Shown: piece by piece, positions 16,137 to 24,618 of the stretch
How positions within the stretch are numbered: the stretch's first letter is position 1
Layout of the letters: every line of letters begins with the position of its first letter
IMG/VR virus record: IMGVR_UViG_3300009602_000016
Coordinates: 1 to 52,836 of that record
Reading direction: 5' to 3' (one strand)
Source of the DNA: a virus
Lineage: Duplodnaviria > Caudoviricetes
Length of the DNA stretch: 52,836 bases
Translations under genes and position numbers: made by a program
The notes under the pieces: generated by a model
What the model was told of the DNA's origin: nothing
The model's database searches: none
The model's input: the letters and a program-made list of their open reading frames with translations, nothing else

Positions 16137-17514
16137 TCGAAATTACTCCTTTATATTTTGGGGGTCGCCGTGGTTTCAAGGCAGGGTGCTTACGCATCTG
16201 CCGTCGCTTCTTGGCCTTGGGTTCCTTGGCCGCTTTCTTTGGAGCATCAGCCGGCCGCAAGAAATCCTCCAGATCAGGTTGGGGGATGGCGACACCGATG
16301 CCGTATTTATGGTGACGGATTTCACAGCGGGTATACATCCAGCAGGCACCACACGCCCGGGCCTGATCCGCATGGCCTGTGTTTTCACAATACCAGCGCT
16401 TGGCATCATCGATATAGGGGTTATGCGCCAGCAGTCGTGTTCCCGGTAGCTTACGTGGCTTGCCCTTGATATGGGCCGCCACCTGCTGGGCAAAGTTCCT
16501 GCAGAATTCTACGGGCATGAACTTCCCCGTCTGCTTGACCATGTGATTATTTCGCTCATGGTCCCAGGTGCCATCCTTTTCGTACTTGGTCCCATAGAAA
16601 ACGAAGTCATCTGGTGTGCCTTGCACGCGCGCCCGCTCGCGTAAAGAATAAGGATAGCCCGTTTTCGCATGGATAGTCGGGTTCTGCCCGGTCAACACAA
16701 AGGCCGGCCCGTCCCAATATCCCCGAGCAAATCCAATTCGCATCTTGACCGTGCCATCGGAGGCGTAGTAGGGGACATTCTGGCCTCGGCGAATGCCCTG
16801 CATGAATTTGGACAACTGGGACCATGACATCTTCTCATCGAGCACTTTGAAGCCCAAGGACTTACCGCATATGTTTCGGCGATTGTGCTTGTCGTGATTA
16901 GGCACCTCGCCTTCGCGGCCGTACAAATCTCCCAGCCGGGTCTCCACCGTTTGCTCATGCTCTTGTTCGTCCGGCACGAACACGAATTTCTCTTCTCGCA
17001 ATGCCCCAATGACAAAGAAGCGTTTCCGGTGTTTCTGAATGTTGCCGTAACCATGGTTCGATACCCACTCGAAAAAGATATCGTACTCCGGCAACTCTTC
17101 CACATATTTCGCTGCTGAATAGGCAATCAGGGATTTGGGCAAATCATCCATGGCGAAGAACCGTGGCTTGTATTTCTTCACCAGTTCGACGAATAGGGGA
17201 ATATCCCCTGGGTCATGGATGGCACTGCGTTTGTCGATCCGCATATTGCTGAAGTTGCCGCACTCCGGATGGGAGAACGCCAGATCAATCGGGCCAATGT
17301 CATCGAGCATCGGTGCCGTCGCTATGTCCTTCTCAAAGAAGGCACCAGGGAAATTCTCTTCGAATGTGTTGCGTCCCTCCTCATCGCGGTGATGGTAATA
17401 TCCACGCCATTCAATATTGCCCACGACATCGAAGCCAGCATCACGGGCGCCAATCAACATGGACCCAACGCCGCACGTCAGGCCAATGGCCTTAAGCTTC
17501 TTCCGGGCGGCCAT
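16129..17514 (-). CDS. Divergent C5-cytosine DNA methyltransferase homologue (candidate carboxymethyltransferase)
   Basis: Motifs in canonical order: I GLTCGVGS, II NIEW, IV HPECGNFS, VI FAMDDL, VIII YGNIQKHRKRFFVIG, IX SLRERARVQGTPDDF, X KQTGKFMP; C-terminal C-x11-C-x2-C-x5-C and basic tail. Confidence 0.85.
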   Translation of the reverse strand: MAARKKLKAIGLTCGVGSMLIGARDAGFDVVGNIEWRGYYHHRDEEGRNTFEENFPGAFFEKDIATAPMLDDIGPIDLAFSHPECGNFSNMRIDKRSAIHDPGDIPLFVELVKKYKPRFFAMDDLPKSLIAYSAAKYVEELPEYDIFFEWVSNHGYGNIQKHRKRFFVIGALREEKFVFVPDEQEHEQTVETRLGDLYGREGEVPNHDKHNRRNICGKSLGFKVLDEKMSWSQLSKFMQGIRRGQNVPYYASDGTVKMRIGFARGYWDGPAFVLTGQNPTIHAKTGYPYSLRERARVQGTPDDFVFYGTKYEKDGTWDHERNNHMVKQTGKFMPVEFCRNFAQQVAAHIKGKPRKLPGTRLLAHNPYIDDAKRWYCENTGHADQARACGACWMYTRCEIRHHKYGIGVAIPQPDLEDFLRPADAPKKAAKEPKAKKRRQMRKHPALKPRRPPKYKGVISNV

Positions 17515-18203
17515 CAGTAGTTCGACCTCTGCCGAAACTTATTCACCTCAGATTTTCTGAAGTACAGATTAAAGACGTCATCCCTGTCCATGCCGATCGC
17601 TTCGGCATACCCGATGAGGGCCGGCAGGGCCAGGGACAGGTGGGCGTAAAATCTTTGCTTGTCCGTGGCGACATGGGTGTTCTTCCATGGCTTATTCTTC
17701 AGGCAGTTGGCGGCCATGGCCAAAGCCTCGACGACATAATAAGCCCGCTCCGTGATGCCCCCATCGAAGAACTTCTCGAGGCCACCATAGCCGTGATCGC
17801 ATAGGACATCGAGCAGATCGACCTGGGCATCTTCCACCCACGAGTTCAGCCCGACCTTCAGCAACGTCTCCTCGGGTTTCATGCCGCACAGGATCATGGT
17901 CTCGACAAGGAAGTGCAGGGCGTCGGCACATTCCTCCTGGGCGTGGATGGGAACATCGGCGTGGTCGAAGTATGCTTCCGTCGACTCTCCAATCTCCTCG
18001 ACCGCCCGCCAGAACATATCCTTGATTAGCGCCTGCCATCGGGGATCATCTAGGTTGAAATCCACGCCGGCCACGATGGCATGGCCGACGCCGTTGGCGA
18101 ATTCGATCTGGTGGTACTTATTCATGAGGCTGGTCTGGCGTTCCCAGATCATCCACAGCCGATCCCCAGTAATCTCGGGGGCCTCCACATCATCCACGTT
18201 CAT
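17514..18203 (-). CDS. All-alpha (dimeric dUTPase/MazG-like) dNTP pyrophosphatase
   Basis: VEEIGES, QEECADALHF, LKNKPWK, LYFRKSEVNKFRQRSNY. Confidence 0.85.
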   Translation of the reverse strand: MNVDDVEAPEITGDRLWMIWERQTSLMNKYHQIEFANGVGHAIVAGVDFNLDDPRWQALIKDMFWRAVEEIGESTEAYFDHADVPIHAQEECADALHFLVETMILCGMKPEETLLKVGLNSWVEDAQVDLLDVLCDHGYGGLEKFFDGGITERAYYVVEALAMAANCLKNKPWKNTHVATDKQRFYAHLSLALPALIGYAEAIGMDRDDVFNLYFRKSEVNKFRQRSNY

Positions 18204-18397
18204 GTTCGTTTCTCCTTTGGTGCCGGCGCGGCCCGCATGAACCCTGCCGACGTTGAACTCATCAGCTCTGCAGCGACATTCGCTAAGAACCGCGTTACGA
18301 ACTCAGGGTCGATTTCACCGAACCTCTCCCGGGATAACCGATGAGCATCCTCGATCAATGCTGCTGCCCGTCGGTCGATGTCCACTTGGTCAGGCAT
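18200..18397 (-). CDS. Small hypothetical protein inside the modification operon
   Basis: Overlaps both neighbours; GGGAGC-like RBS; helical sequence. Confidence 0.55.
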   Translation of the reverse strand: MPDQVDIDRRAAALIEDAHRLSRERFGEIDPEFVTRFLANVAAELMSSTSAGFMRAAPAPKEKRT

Positions 18398-19769
18398 GTT
18401 CCCACCCCAGGCTGAGCATAGGTGCTGTCTCCGTGCAGAATTGTTCCACCAATCGACGGCGCCGCTTGATGGGGTCCTGCCGTACCTCGTGGATCTTCAG
18501 TGCCCACTTCTCCCGCTCCAGGATTTCCTTGGGTACGATGTCCTTGAACAATTCCTTGAGGTGCTCCTTCTCATGGCGAACGGCCCATGGAAGGGACAAG
18601 GCCCGTCGCACGACGTCACGTGCGAGGAAAGGGCATCGCAGCTCCACCGTGCCCGCCATCATCATCTTATCCAATCGGGGGAGATGGTACGAGACCACTT
18701 CATGGTGGAGGTCGGAGAATTGGCTGTCGTATTCCTTGGCCCGCCGATACCCACCGAACAACTCATCGGCACCGTCACCAGACAGGGCAACATGCGCCGC
18801 CTGCCTTCTCAAGGCCATGGCCAAAGCGAGTTGCGGGACCATGGACCCAAGGTCGACCGGTGTCTCATTCCAGTATAGAGCGACAGCATCGTTAATATCA
18901 TCCAGCTCGACCAATGTACGTTGCCCCGGCTGGAGGTCCAACAGGTTCAGATACTCTGCCTCATCATTGTCGGCATGGTAGACACGAACGTCGGCCTCCC
19001 GCCGCGCCAGCTCGAGGACGATGGTACTGTCGAGGCCACCGGATGCCAGGATTGACACGGGCAGATCTGAAATCAATCGACGGCTCACTGCCTTCTCAAT
19101 GTGCTCCCGCAGGTCCGTCGGGTTCAGGGGTGATAGGTCACACCACCGCTTTTCAAAAACAAGGTGGGCGTCACCATCAGCCGTGAACGTCATGAGATGC
19201 CCGGGCACCATTTTCCAGATCTGAGCGAATGGTGTTAATCGGGCCTCAGGATCGTAGCCCCATTTTTGCACGGTCGCCAGATATTGCCGGTCCAGCTCGC
19301 CATTCGACATCGGGACCAGGGCCCGCAATTCTGAGCTCACCGCCAAGGTCGTCTCCGATGCCAGAGCATACAGCGGCTTCTTCGCCAGATCATCGGTGGC
19401 GATCGTGACGCAGTTGCCATCGAACAGGGCCATGGCGAAGAAGCCATCGAATTCGTTGAATGCTTCCCACCCCCGATCGGCCAACCGCGCTAACGCCACT
19501 GGCAGATCGGATGGCGCCCCTGGTTGGATTTCCCTGAAGTTGAACACCTCACCGACCATGGCCCCCTCCAGGCTATTGACCGTTTGCGGATGGTCGAATT
19601 CTTCCCCTGTCCCCTGGATGGGCAAGCGGACATGGCCGACGGCGGTCTTCCCCCAGGTCCATGACCGTGAGCGTAAGCCACGATGACCTGTCACGGAGTT
19701 CATCTTTTCCACCAGGGCCAGGGGGTTCGATGTCTCCGGACAACGCAGCACGATGTTGAGGCCACACAT
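18390..19769 (-). CDS. Asparagine synthetase B-like amidotransferase (Ntn glutaminase + PP-loop adenylation domain)
   Basis: N-terminal MCG, GHRG, GHVRL, GEVFN, KKPLY, PP-loop SGGLDS, LSGDGADELFGGY, RLDKMMM..VELRCPFL. Confidence 0.93.
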   Translation of the reverse strand: MCGLNIVLRCPETSNPLALVEKMNSVTGHRGLRSRSWTWGKTAVGHVRLPIQGTGEEFDHPQTVNSLEGAMVGEVFNFREIQPGAPSDLPVALARLADRGWEAFNEFDGFFAMALFDGNCVTIATDDLAKKPLYALASETTLAVSSELRALVPMSNGELDRQYLATVQKWGYDPEARLTPFAQIWKMVPGHLMTFTADGDAHLVFEKRWCDLSPLNPTDLREHIEKAVSRRLISDLPVSILASGGLDSTIVLELARREADVRVYHADNDEAEYLNLLDLQPGQRTLVELDDINDAVALYWNETPVDLGSMVPQLALAMALRRQAAHVALSGDGADELFGGYRRAKEYDSQFSDLHHEVVSYHLPRLDKMMMAGTVELRCPFLARDVVRRALSLPWAVRHEKEHLKELFKDIVPKEILEREKWALKIHEVRQDPIKRRRRLVEQFCTETAPMLSLGWEHA

Positions 19770-20308
19770 CAGACGATGTGTCCACGCCGTAGGATGGCTG
19801 AGAGCACCAAGGGGTCATGGCATGACCAATCATGCCATATGACAGCCATAGCGGTGCTGACGGCGATCTGCGGCATGATGAGGTCGTATCTACGGATGAG
19901 GTCGACTGACCGGGTGCGCACCCGGGTCATGTGCTCGGCAGATTTATGGGCCTTCAGTTCGGAGCGCATGATGGCGGCGAGGATGGTATCCATGGATGGT
20001 CGGCAGTAGATGAGGGCGACTGGTTGCCGGTGGGAAAGGTCCCGTAAATTCTGCCAAAGGTCCGTGTCAGGAAGCATCGGGCCATCGCGGACGATGGGAC
20101 CATAGACCAGTTCGCTGATTGCGCCGTACCGGTCCAGGATGATGGAGGGTTGCCGGTCGCCGGGCAACTCCATCCGCCGTTCTAATTCAGCATGGTCTTC
20201 GGGTGGTCCACCCTCATGCCGAATGTCTAACCCCAGGTCATCAGCCAATGCTTGGCCGAGGCAAGTCTTGCCAGCACCATCAGGGCCTTCCAGAATTATC
20301 ATGCCCAT
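19769..20308 (-). CDS. P-loop nucleoside monophosphate kinase (thymidylate kinase-like)
   Basis: IILEGPDGAGKT, ILDRY..SELVYGP. Confidence 0.85.
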   Translation of the reverse strand: MGMIILEGPDGAGKTCLGQALADDLGLDIRHEGGPPEDHAELERRMELPGDRQPSIILDRYGAISELVYGPIVRDGPMLPDTDLWQNLRDLSHRQPVALIYCRPSMDTILAAIMRSELKAHKSAEHMTRVRTRSVDLIRRYDLIMPQIAVSTAMAVIWHDWSCHDPLVLSAILRRGHIV

Positions 20309-20414
20309 CGATCATCCTCCAAGTTGAAACGACTTTGGCAGCACGGGATCGCCCCAGGCCACCGCTCTTCCGTTTACAAAATCACCACTTCGAGTTCTCA
20401 CACTTTCATGGGGA

Positions 20415-20446
20415 TAATATTACGGCCATGGCCGATGGTCCGTAAA
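20415..20446 (-). promoter_or_regulatory. Possible sigma70-type promoter for the modification/polymerase operon
   Basis: Minus strand TTTACG-18 nt-TAATAT immediately downstream of a terminator and ~110 nt upstream of the kinase start. Confidence 0.35.
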
Positions 20447-20470
20447 CTTCTAGGTTGGGGTGCCGGACAT

Positions 20471-20503
20471 AAAAAGACCCCGCCGGTTTTACCCGGCGGG
20501 GTC
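20471..20503 (-). terminator. Intrinsic terminator
   Basis: Minus strand GACCCCGCCGG-GTAAAA-CCGGCGGGGTC followed by TTTTT, 22 nt after a stop codon. Confidence 0.85.
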
Positions 20504-20525
20504 CATGTCCACGATGTTGACGGAT

Positions 20526-21509
20526 TTACTTGAGCAGCGAGTACGTCTCCGTCTTCCGGTCGTACTGGATCTTCATCGGCTCTTTCGTCCGCTTGGGATT
20601 GCGCAGGATGGACACGGCAACGGCCGCGTTCTTGCTGTCGCAACCCAGGGCCTTCATGATGGCGTCCTTGGTGACCTTTTTCTTCTTGGTGAACAGGTCA
20701 CGCAGGATCGTTTGATAGGACACCTTGCCCTTCGTCTTACCACCCTTTTTCGCGGGGGCGGCTTTGGCGGCGGTCTTCTTGGTCGCGGTCTTTTTTCCCT
20801 TGGTAGCCATTTCTAGTTCCTTCCGGTTTCTGTATAGCTTGGCGGTGGGTCCAAACATGCCAAAGGTTCGCACGAGTGCTTCCTGGTCATCTCTGAACCG
20901 GTCGCGATCATCACCGGTCAAGCTGTTAAACAGCCGTATGATTACGGCCATATCCAACGACTGCAGGTCATCCGCAGTCGCAGCAATTAGGGTGGTATCA
21001 TCATCCTTGCACGACCCCACCCATTTCTTGGCACCCGCCATCGTGGGGAATGCCCAGATCCGAAATTGCTCCGGCTCACCTTTCTTCTTGCCAGCCTCAG
21101 TGTAGAGCAATCCATAGAAAGCTGACCCCGGGGACAGAACCACATCGGGATCTGCGCCACGGAGCATAGCCAGGACACGGGCACTGGCGTCAAATGATAA
21201 CGGCAGCTCCCGTGGGTCACGGCCCTCCGCGACAAGACCATCGCGAGAGGACAACATTTTCTTCAGGCGCTTGCTCAAGTGGTGGGCAACCTGATCCAAC
21301 GATGCTGGATCATCCCACCCCATGAACATCCGCCCCCATTCAGACATTGAGACGGATGTGTCAATCAAGCTGTGGATGCACAAGAGCCGCACCTTCGGGC
21401 GGGCGGTCTGGTAGGCCACGACATGGCGACGACCAAGACCAATCCGCGCGGAGGTATGGTCCTCCTGCACATAGACATCTGCGTAGCCGAAAAGTCGTTT
21501 GTCAGTCAT
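20526..21509 (-). CDS. Hypothetical protein with C-terminal Lys/Ala-rich DNA-binding domain; probable in-frame internal start at 20810 (94 aa)
   Basis: Internal AAGGAACTAGAAATG precedes MATKGKKTATKKTAAKAAPAKKGG followed by a winged-helix-like segment. Confidence 0.65.
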   Translation of the reverse strand: MTDKRLFGYADVYVQEDHTSARIGLGRRHVVAYQTARPKVRLLCIHSLIDTSVSMSEWGRMFMGWDDPASLDQVAHHLSKRLKKMLSSRDGLVAEGRDPRELPLSFDASARVLAMLRGADPDVVLSPGSAFYGLLYTEAGKKKGEPEQFRIWAFPTMAGAKKWVGSCKDDDTTLIAATADDLQSLDMAVIIRLFNSLTGDDRDRFRDDQEALVRTFGMFGPTAKLYRNRKELEMATKGKKTATKKTAAKAAPAKKGGKTKGKVSYQTILRDLFTKKKKVTKDAIMKALGCDSKNAAVAVSILRNPKRTKEPMKIQYDRKTETYSLLK

Positions 21510-21519
21510 GACGACCTTC

Positions 21520-23133
21520 CTAAGTCAGTGATGGGATCAAGTCAACAAGTTCTGACTTGGCCCGAGTGATGGCAACGTACTCCAAATTTTCCTCCTGTCG
21601 CTGTTGCCACGGTTTCCGCGCCCACTTGCTAGGCAACGTGCCAGCCCGATCCAACAGATAGACCGTATCCCATTCCCGACCCTTCGACTTGTGGATCGTG
21701 GACAGGGTGAGAACGTTCGGGATGTCACCGGGCTTGGTGTCACCGAACAAGCTGTCGATGAAGTCCACCAGGTCCGTCAAATCCGTCTTGCCCTCGGCAA
21801 CCAGGGAGTTGATCATCTCCTGAATACACTGGCAGCGATCCTCAATCGCTTGCGCCCGTTCCTCGCGGCCTTTGGCTTGCCACTTGGAGACCTCACGGGC
21901 TTCGTAATCTTCCAACTTGGTCGATAACGCTGACAGCGTCTTAACGCGCTTCCAGCGGGTGGCCAACTTGATCAGGCCAGTACCGATTTCCCTGCCCTCG
22001 ACCCGGCACCCCACGCCGTTCCTGATGAGCATATAGGCCTGCTCCACGAGCGGCTTCACGTTGCGGCAGAGGACCACGTTCTTGCTGGTGGGTTCTTCGT
22101 CGATGAACCACGGGACCATGACCGCTTCGCCGTTGGGATCATCAGCCGGTACCTCGAGCCGAGTTATGTTGACGCGACGGAAAGTCCCTTCGGGTGCTGT
22201 CTCATGTGCCACTAGATCTGGCACCAGCCGATTGGCCTCAACAACGACCGCCTTCGGACAACGGTAAGTGACAGTCAGGGGCAGGGTGGAGGAGTTGAGT
22301 TCGGTAGCGATCAGATCGAGTGCATCGCTGTCGGCACCAGTGAAGCCGTAGATGGCTTGCCGGTCGTCACCGACGGCGATCAGCCGCCCCGTACGCGGTT
22401 TAAGGATCGCGAGCGCGAGCGCGCGTCGTGCGGCGTTGGTGTCCTGGGCCTCATCCAAGAGAACCCAGTCCTTCGGCCAGAACCGTGCCTTGTGGACCAG
22501 GGGCGCCAGGATCATGTCGTCGAAGTCGATCACTTGGCGATCCATGCTCAAGCTGGTCCGCAGCAATGCGATGCCGGCTGGCACCAAGTCGTCGAGGGTC
22601 CACCCATCAGCCAGCTCGTTGACGGCGTGATGTTCAAGGAGGTCGTACCATGCCTTCTCGTCGCCGGTGCCACACAACAGACCGAAAGCCGATTGCTTGG
22701 CGAGGCTGACGGCCTTGCACAGCGCACTTGAGCACTGCGCCCATACGCTATCGGGACCTTCGGCATCTGCCAAGGCATCGATCAGGTCGCGAACTTTGTG
22801 CTCGTTGACTTTGACATCCTTGTCGGCCACCCGGCGCCATGTGCTGAAGCCAGCCGAATGGACGGTGGACGCCTGGACCTTACGCCAGTCAGCGAAGCGG
22901 GGATCGTCTTGCGCCATCTTCGCCAGCTTGGCCTTGGTCTCGTCAGCATTGGATTTGTTGAAGACAAGGAAGACAACCTCGCCGAGGTCATCTTCCACGA
23001 TCGTCCGAATACCGGCATGGAGCAGCGCATGTGTCTTGCCACAACCGGCACGGGCGATCAGGTTGAGCGAGCCGGTGCCCGTCTTGATCCACTGGACCAC
23101 GGCCTGCTGTTGTTCGTTGAGTGGGAATGTCAT
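21520..23133 (-). CDS. Superfamily 1 (UvrD/Rep-like) helicase
   Basis: ARAGCGKT, LLDEAQD, VGDDRQAIYGFTGA, TYRCP, STIHKSKGREW, YVAITRAK. Confidence 0.93.
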   Translation of the reverse strand: MTFPLNEQQQAVVQWIKTGTGSLNLIARAGCGKTHALLHAGIRTIVEDDLGEVVFLVFNKSNADETKAKLAKMAQDDPRFADWRKVQASTVHSAGFSTWRRVADKDVKVNEHKVRDLIDALADAEGPDSVWAQCSSALCKAVSLAKQSAFGLLCGTGDEKAWYDLLEHHAVNELADGWTLDDLVPAGIALLRTSLSMDRQVIDFDDMILAPLVHKARFWPKDWVLLDEAQDTNAARRALALAILKPRTGRLIAVGDDRQAIYGFTGADSDALDLIATELNSSTLPLTVTYRCPKAVVVEANRLVPDLVAHETAPEGTFRRVNITRLEVPADDPNGEAVMVPWFIDEEPTSKNVVLCRNVKPLVEQAYMLIRNGVGCRVEGREIGTGLIKLATRWKRVKTLSALSTKLEDYEAREVSKWQAKGREERAQAIEDRCQCIQEMINSLVAEGKTDLTDLVDFIDSLFGDTKPGDIPNVLTLSTIHKSKGREWDTVYLLDRAGTLPSKWARKPWQQRQEENLEYVAITRAKSELVDLIPSLT

Positions 23134-23327
23134 CGCGAGTTCCTTTCTTTCTTTTGCGCCTCTTTGATCAATGCCGAGGCGCGATCGGTCATGGAAAAGC
23201 TGTCACTGAGTGTGCGACCGACACGAATGGCGCCGGCCTTGCCCAGGAAATAATAGCGGTCCTTGCCATTTGGCTTGGTCGATCATCTCCATCTTCGCCG
23301 CGGAGAATTTCTTGGTCTGGAAAACTT

Positions 23328-23639
23328 CTAACATGGCACATGCCTCCTCTTCCAACGGTCCTTCTTCCATTGCACCTCAGTCGCGATTGCTGCCATGACG
23401 ACCGGGTGCGTGGCGCGGTCCTTACCGGCCATGCGAGCAGCCCACCCCTGGCTCATCGGCACGCTACCATGTGGGCCGCGCTCCAGGCCTTTGGCGCCAT
23501 CCCAGAAAGCACACCGATGGCCGGCCCCCGTGTGAGGACGGCCCTCGATATAAAGTGTGCTGTCGGCATTGGCCGCCCAAGCGTACAGCGCATCGTACAT
23601 CCGCTGCATCAGCTTGTTCTTGTAGGTACGTCGGGCCAT
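23328..23639 (-). CDS. Hypothetical protein
   Basis: GAGG RBS, MARRTYKNKLMQRMYDAL; TAATG coupling. Confidence 0.55.
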   Translation of the reverse strand: MARRTYKNKLMQRMYDALYAWAANADSTLYIEGRPHTGAGHRCAFWDGAKGLERGPHGSVPMSQGWAARMAGKDRATHPVVMAAIATEVQWKKDRWKRRHVPC

Positions 23640-23953
23640 TAGCTTACCTCCTCGTCGCTGAAGTGAAAGGCCGTCGGGTTGTCGCCGTAGTAACGCCGAG
23701 GCCGCTTGTACCACTCATGGCGATCCGGGCTGAAGCACGCCGTGTGCCTGAACGGGATCTCCTTGATGGAGGTGGGGTCGCCCACGGTCATGCGGACAAT
23801 GATCGTCGCGTCGTCATCGATGACGCCACCGCACCCAGCAGGGATGGGGTAGCTAACCACCTCGACGGGATCGGATCGCAGGGGCAGGGAGGCCCACACC
23901 CACGGGCGAACGGGGTCGTGGTCTCGGCCGTCACGTTGGATAAGGTTTGCCAT
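23639..23953 (-). CDS. Hypothetical protein
   Basis: AAGGA RBS; in gene run. Confidence 0.55.
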   Translation of the reverse strand: MANLIQRDGRDHDPVRPWVWASLPLRSDPVEVVSYPIPAGCGGVIDDDATIIVRMTVGDPTSIKEIPFRHTACFSPDRHEWYKRPRRYYGDNPTAFHFSDEEVS

Positions 23954-24142
23954 GTCAGTTCCTTTCTAATGCCGCCGTCACCAACTCAACAGTGCGGCGT
24001 GCTGATTTAGCCATCGAGCGCCGACCGGGGAAATCCCAACCAGGGCCATCGCAATCAGAGTAGTGCCGTGCGTCGGACAACCATTCCTGCAGCTCCTCCT
24101 TCTTCATGACTTCACGAAGATGCAGGTGACAGAATGTGTGGG

Positions 24143-24592
24143 TCATTTGAATGGCCCTCCCCTCTTCACCTTGTGGCCTTCGTCTCGCAGCTCCTGCATT
24201 TCCGCGGCGCAATCACTGGCGATCGAAGTGCTGTTGTCATCATCGGATTTCTCGAAAGTCATGTGGGGGCACCAAGGCCCCTCGCCGTCGTACTGAACCC
24301 AAAGGTAAATCAAGTCAGCCTCCTCTTCTTCCATGGGACGCCAGCGGATCGTCCCGTACCTCAAATTCTGCTCGGCGCGTTCCCGCTTGATCACGAGCTC
24401 TTTGGAAATGATCTGGAGCCCGCCGTCCTTCTTCACGGTGGCCACGACCACGTCGCCCAACGCGCCAGCCTTCTCAATCTCATGAACGGACAAGGCCACG
24501 ATGCTCTCACGAACGAAGCCGCCATCAGTCAGGGGCACGTTGAAAGTCACCTTCTCCATGCCGTTGACCGGCAGCCATTTGTTGGTATCCAT
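24143..24592 (-). CDS. Hypothetical protein
   Basis: GGAGGG RBS before MDTNKWLP. Confidence 0.55.
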   Translation of the reverse strand: MDTNKWLPVNGMEKVTFNVPLTDGGFVRESIVALSVHEIEKAGALGDVVVATVKKDGGLQIISKELVIKRERAEQNLRYGTIRWRPMEEEEADLIYLWVQYDGEGPWCPHMTFEKSDDDNSTSIASDCAAEMQELRDEGHKVKRGGPFK

Positions 24593-24618
24593 CAGACCCT
24601 CCTTTTCTAGATTTCTGC

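Noticed and set aside
15255-17514. Ordinary restriction-modification system or orphan Dcm/Dam pair
   Set aside because: No adjacent endonuclease; the C5 enzyme deviates at three conserved active-site positions and is embedded in a nucleotide-metabolism operon
16129-17514. Degenerate pseudogene explanation for the odd MTase motifs
   Set aside because: Frame is intact, motif order, catalytic Cys and RxR are retained, both ends are translationally coupled, and changes cluster at cofactor and base pockets
12153-18203. Z-genome (2-aminoadenine) or 7-deazaguanine pathway, suggested by PolA plus dNTPase plus amidotransferase
   Set aside because: No PurZ/adenylosuccinate synthetase, HD-domain dATPase, FolE, QueD, QueE or DpdA motifs; the amidotransferase is AsnB-type without the QueC zinc motif; companion enzymes are pyrimidine-directed
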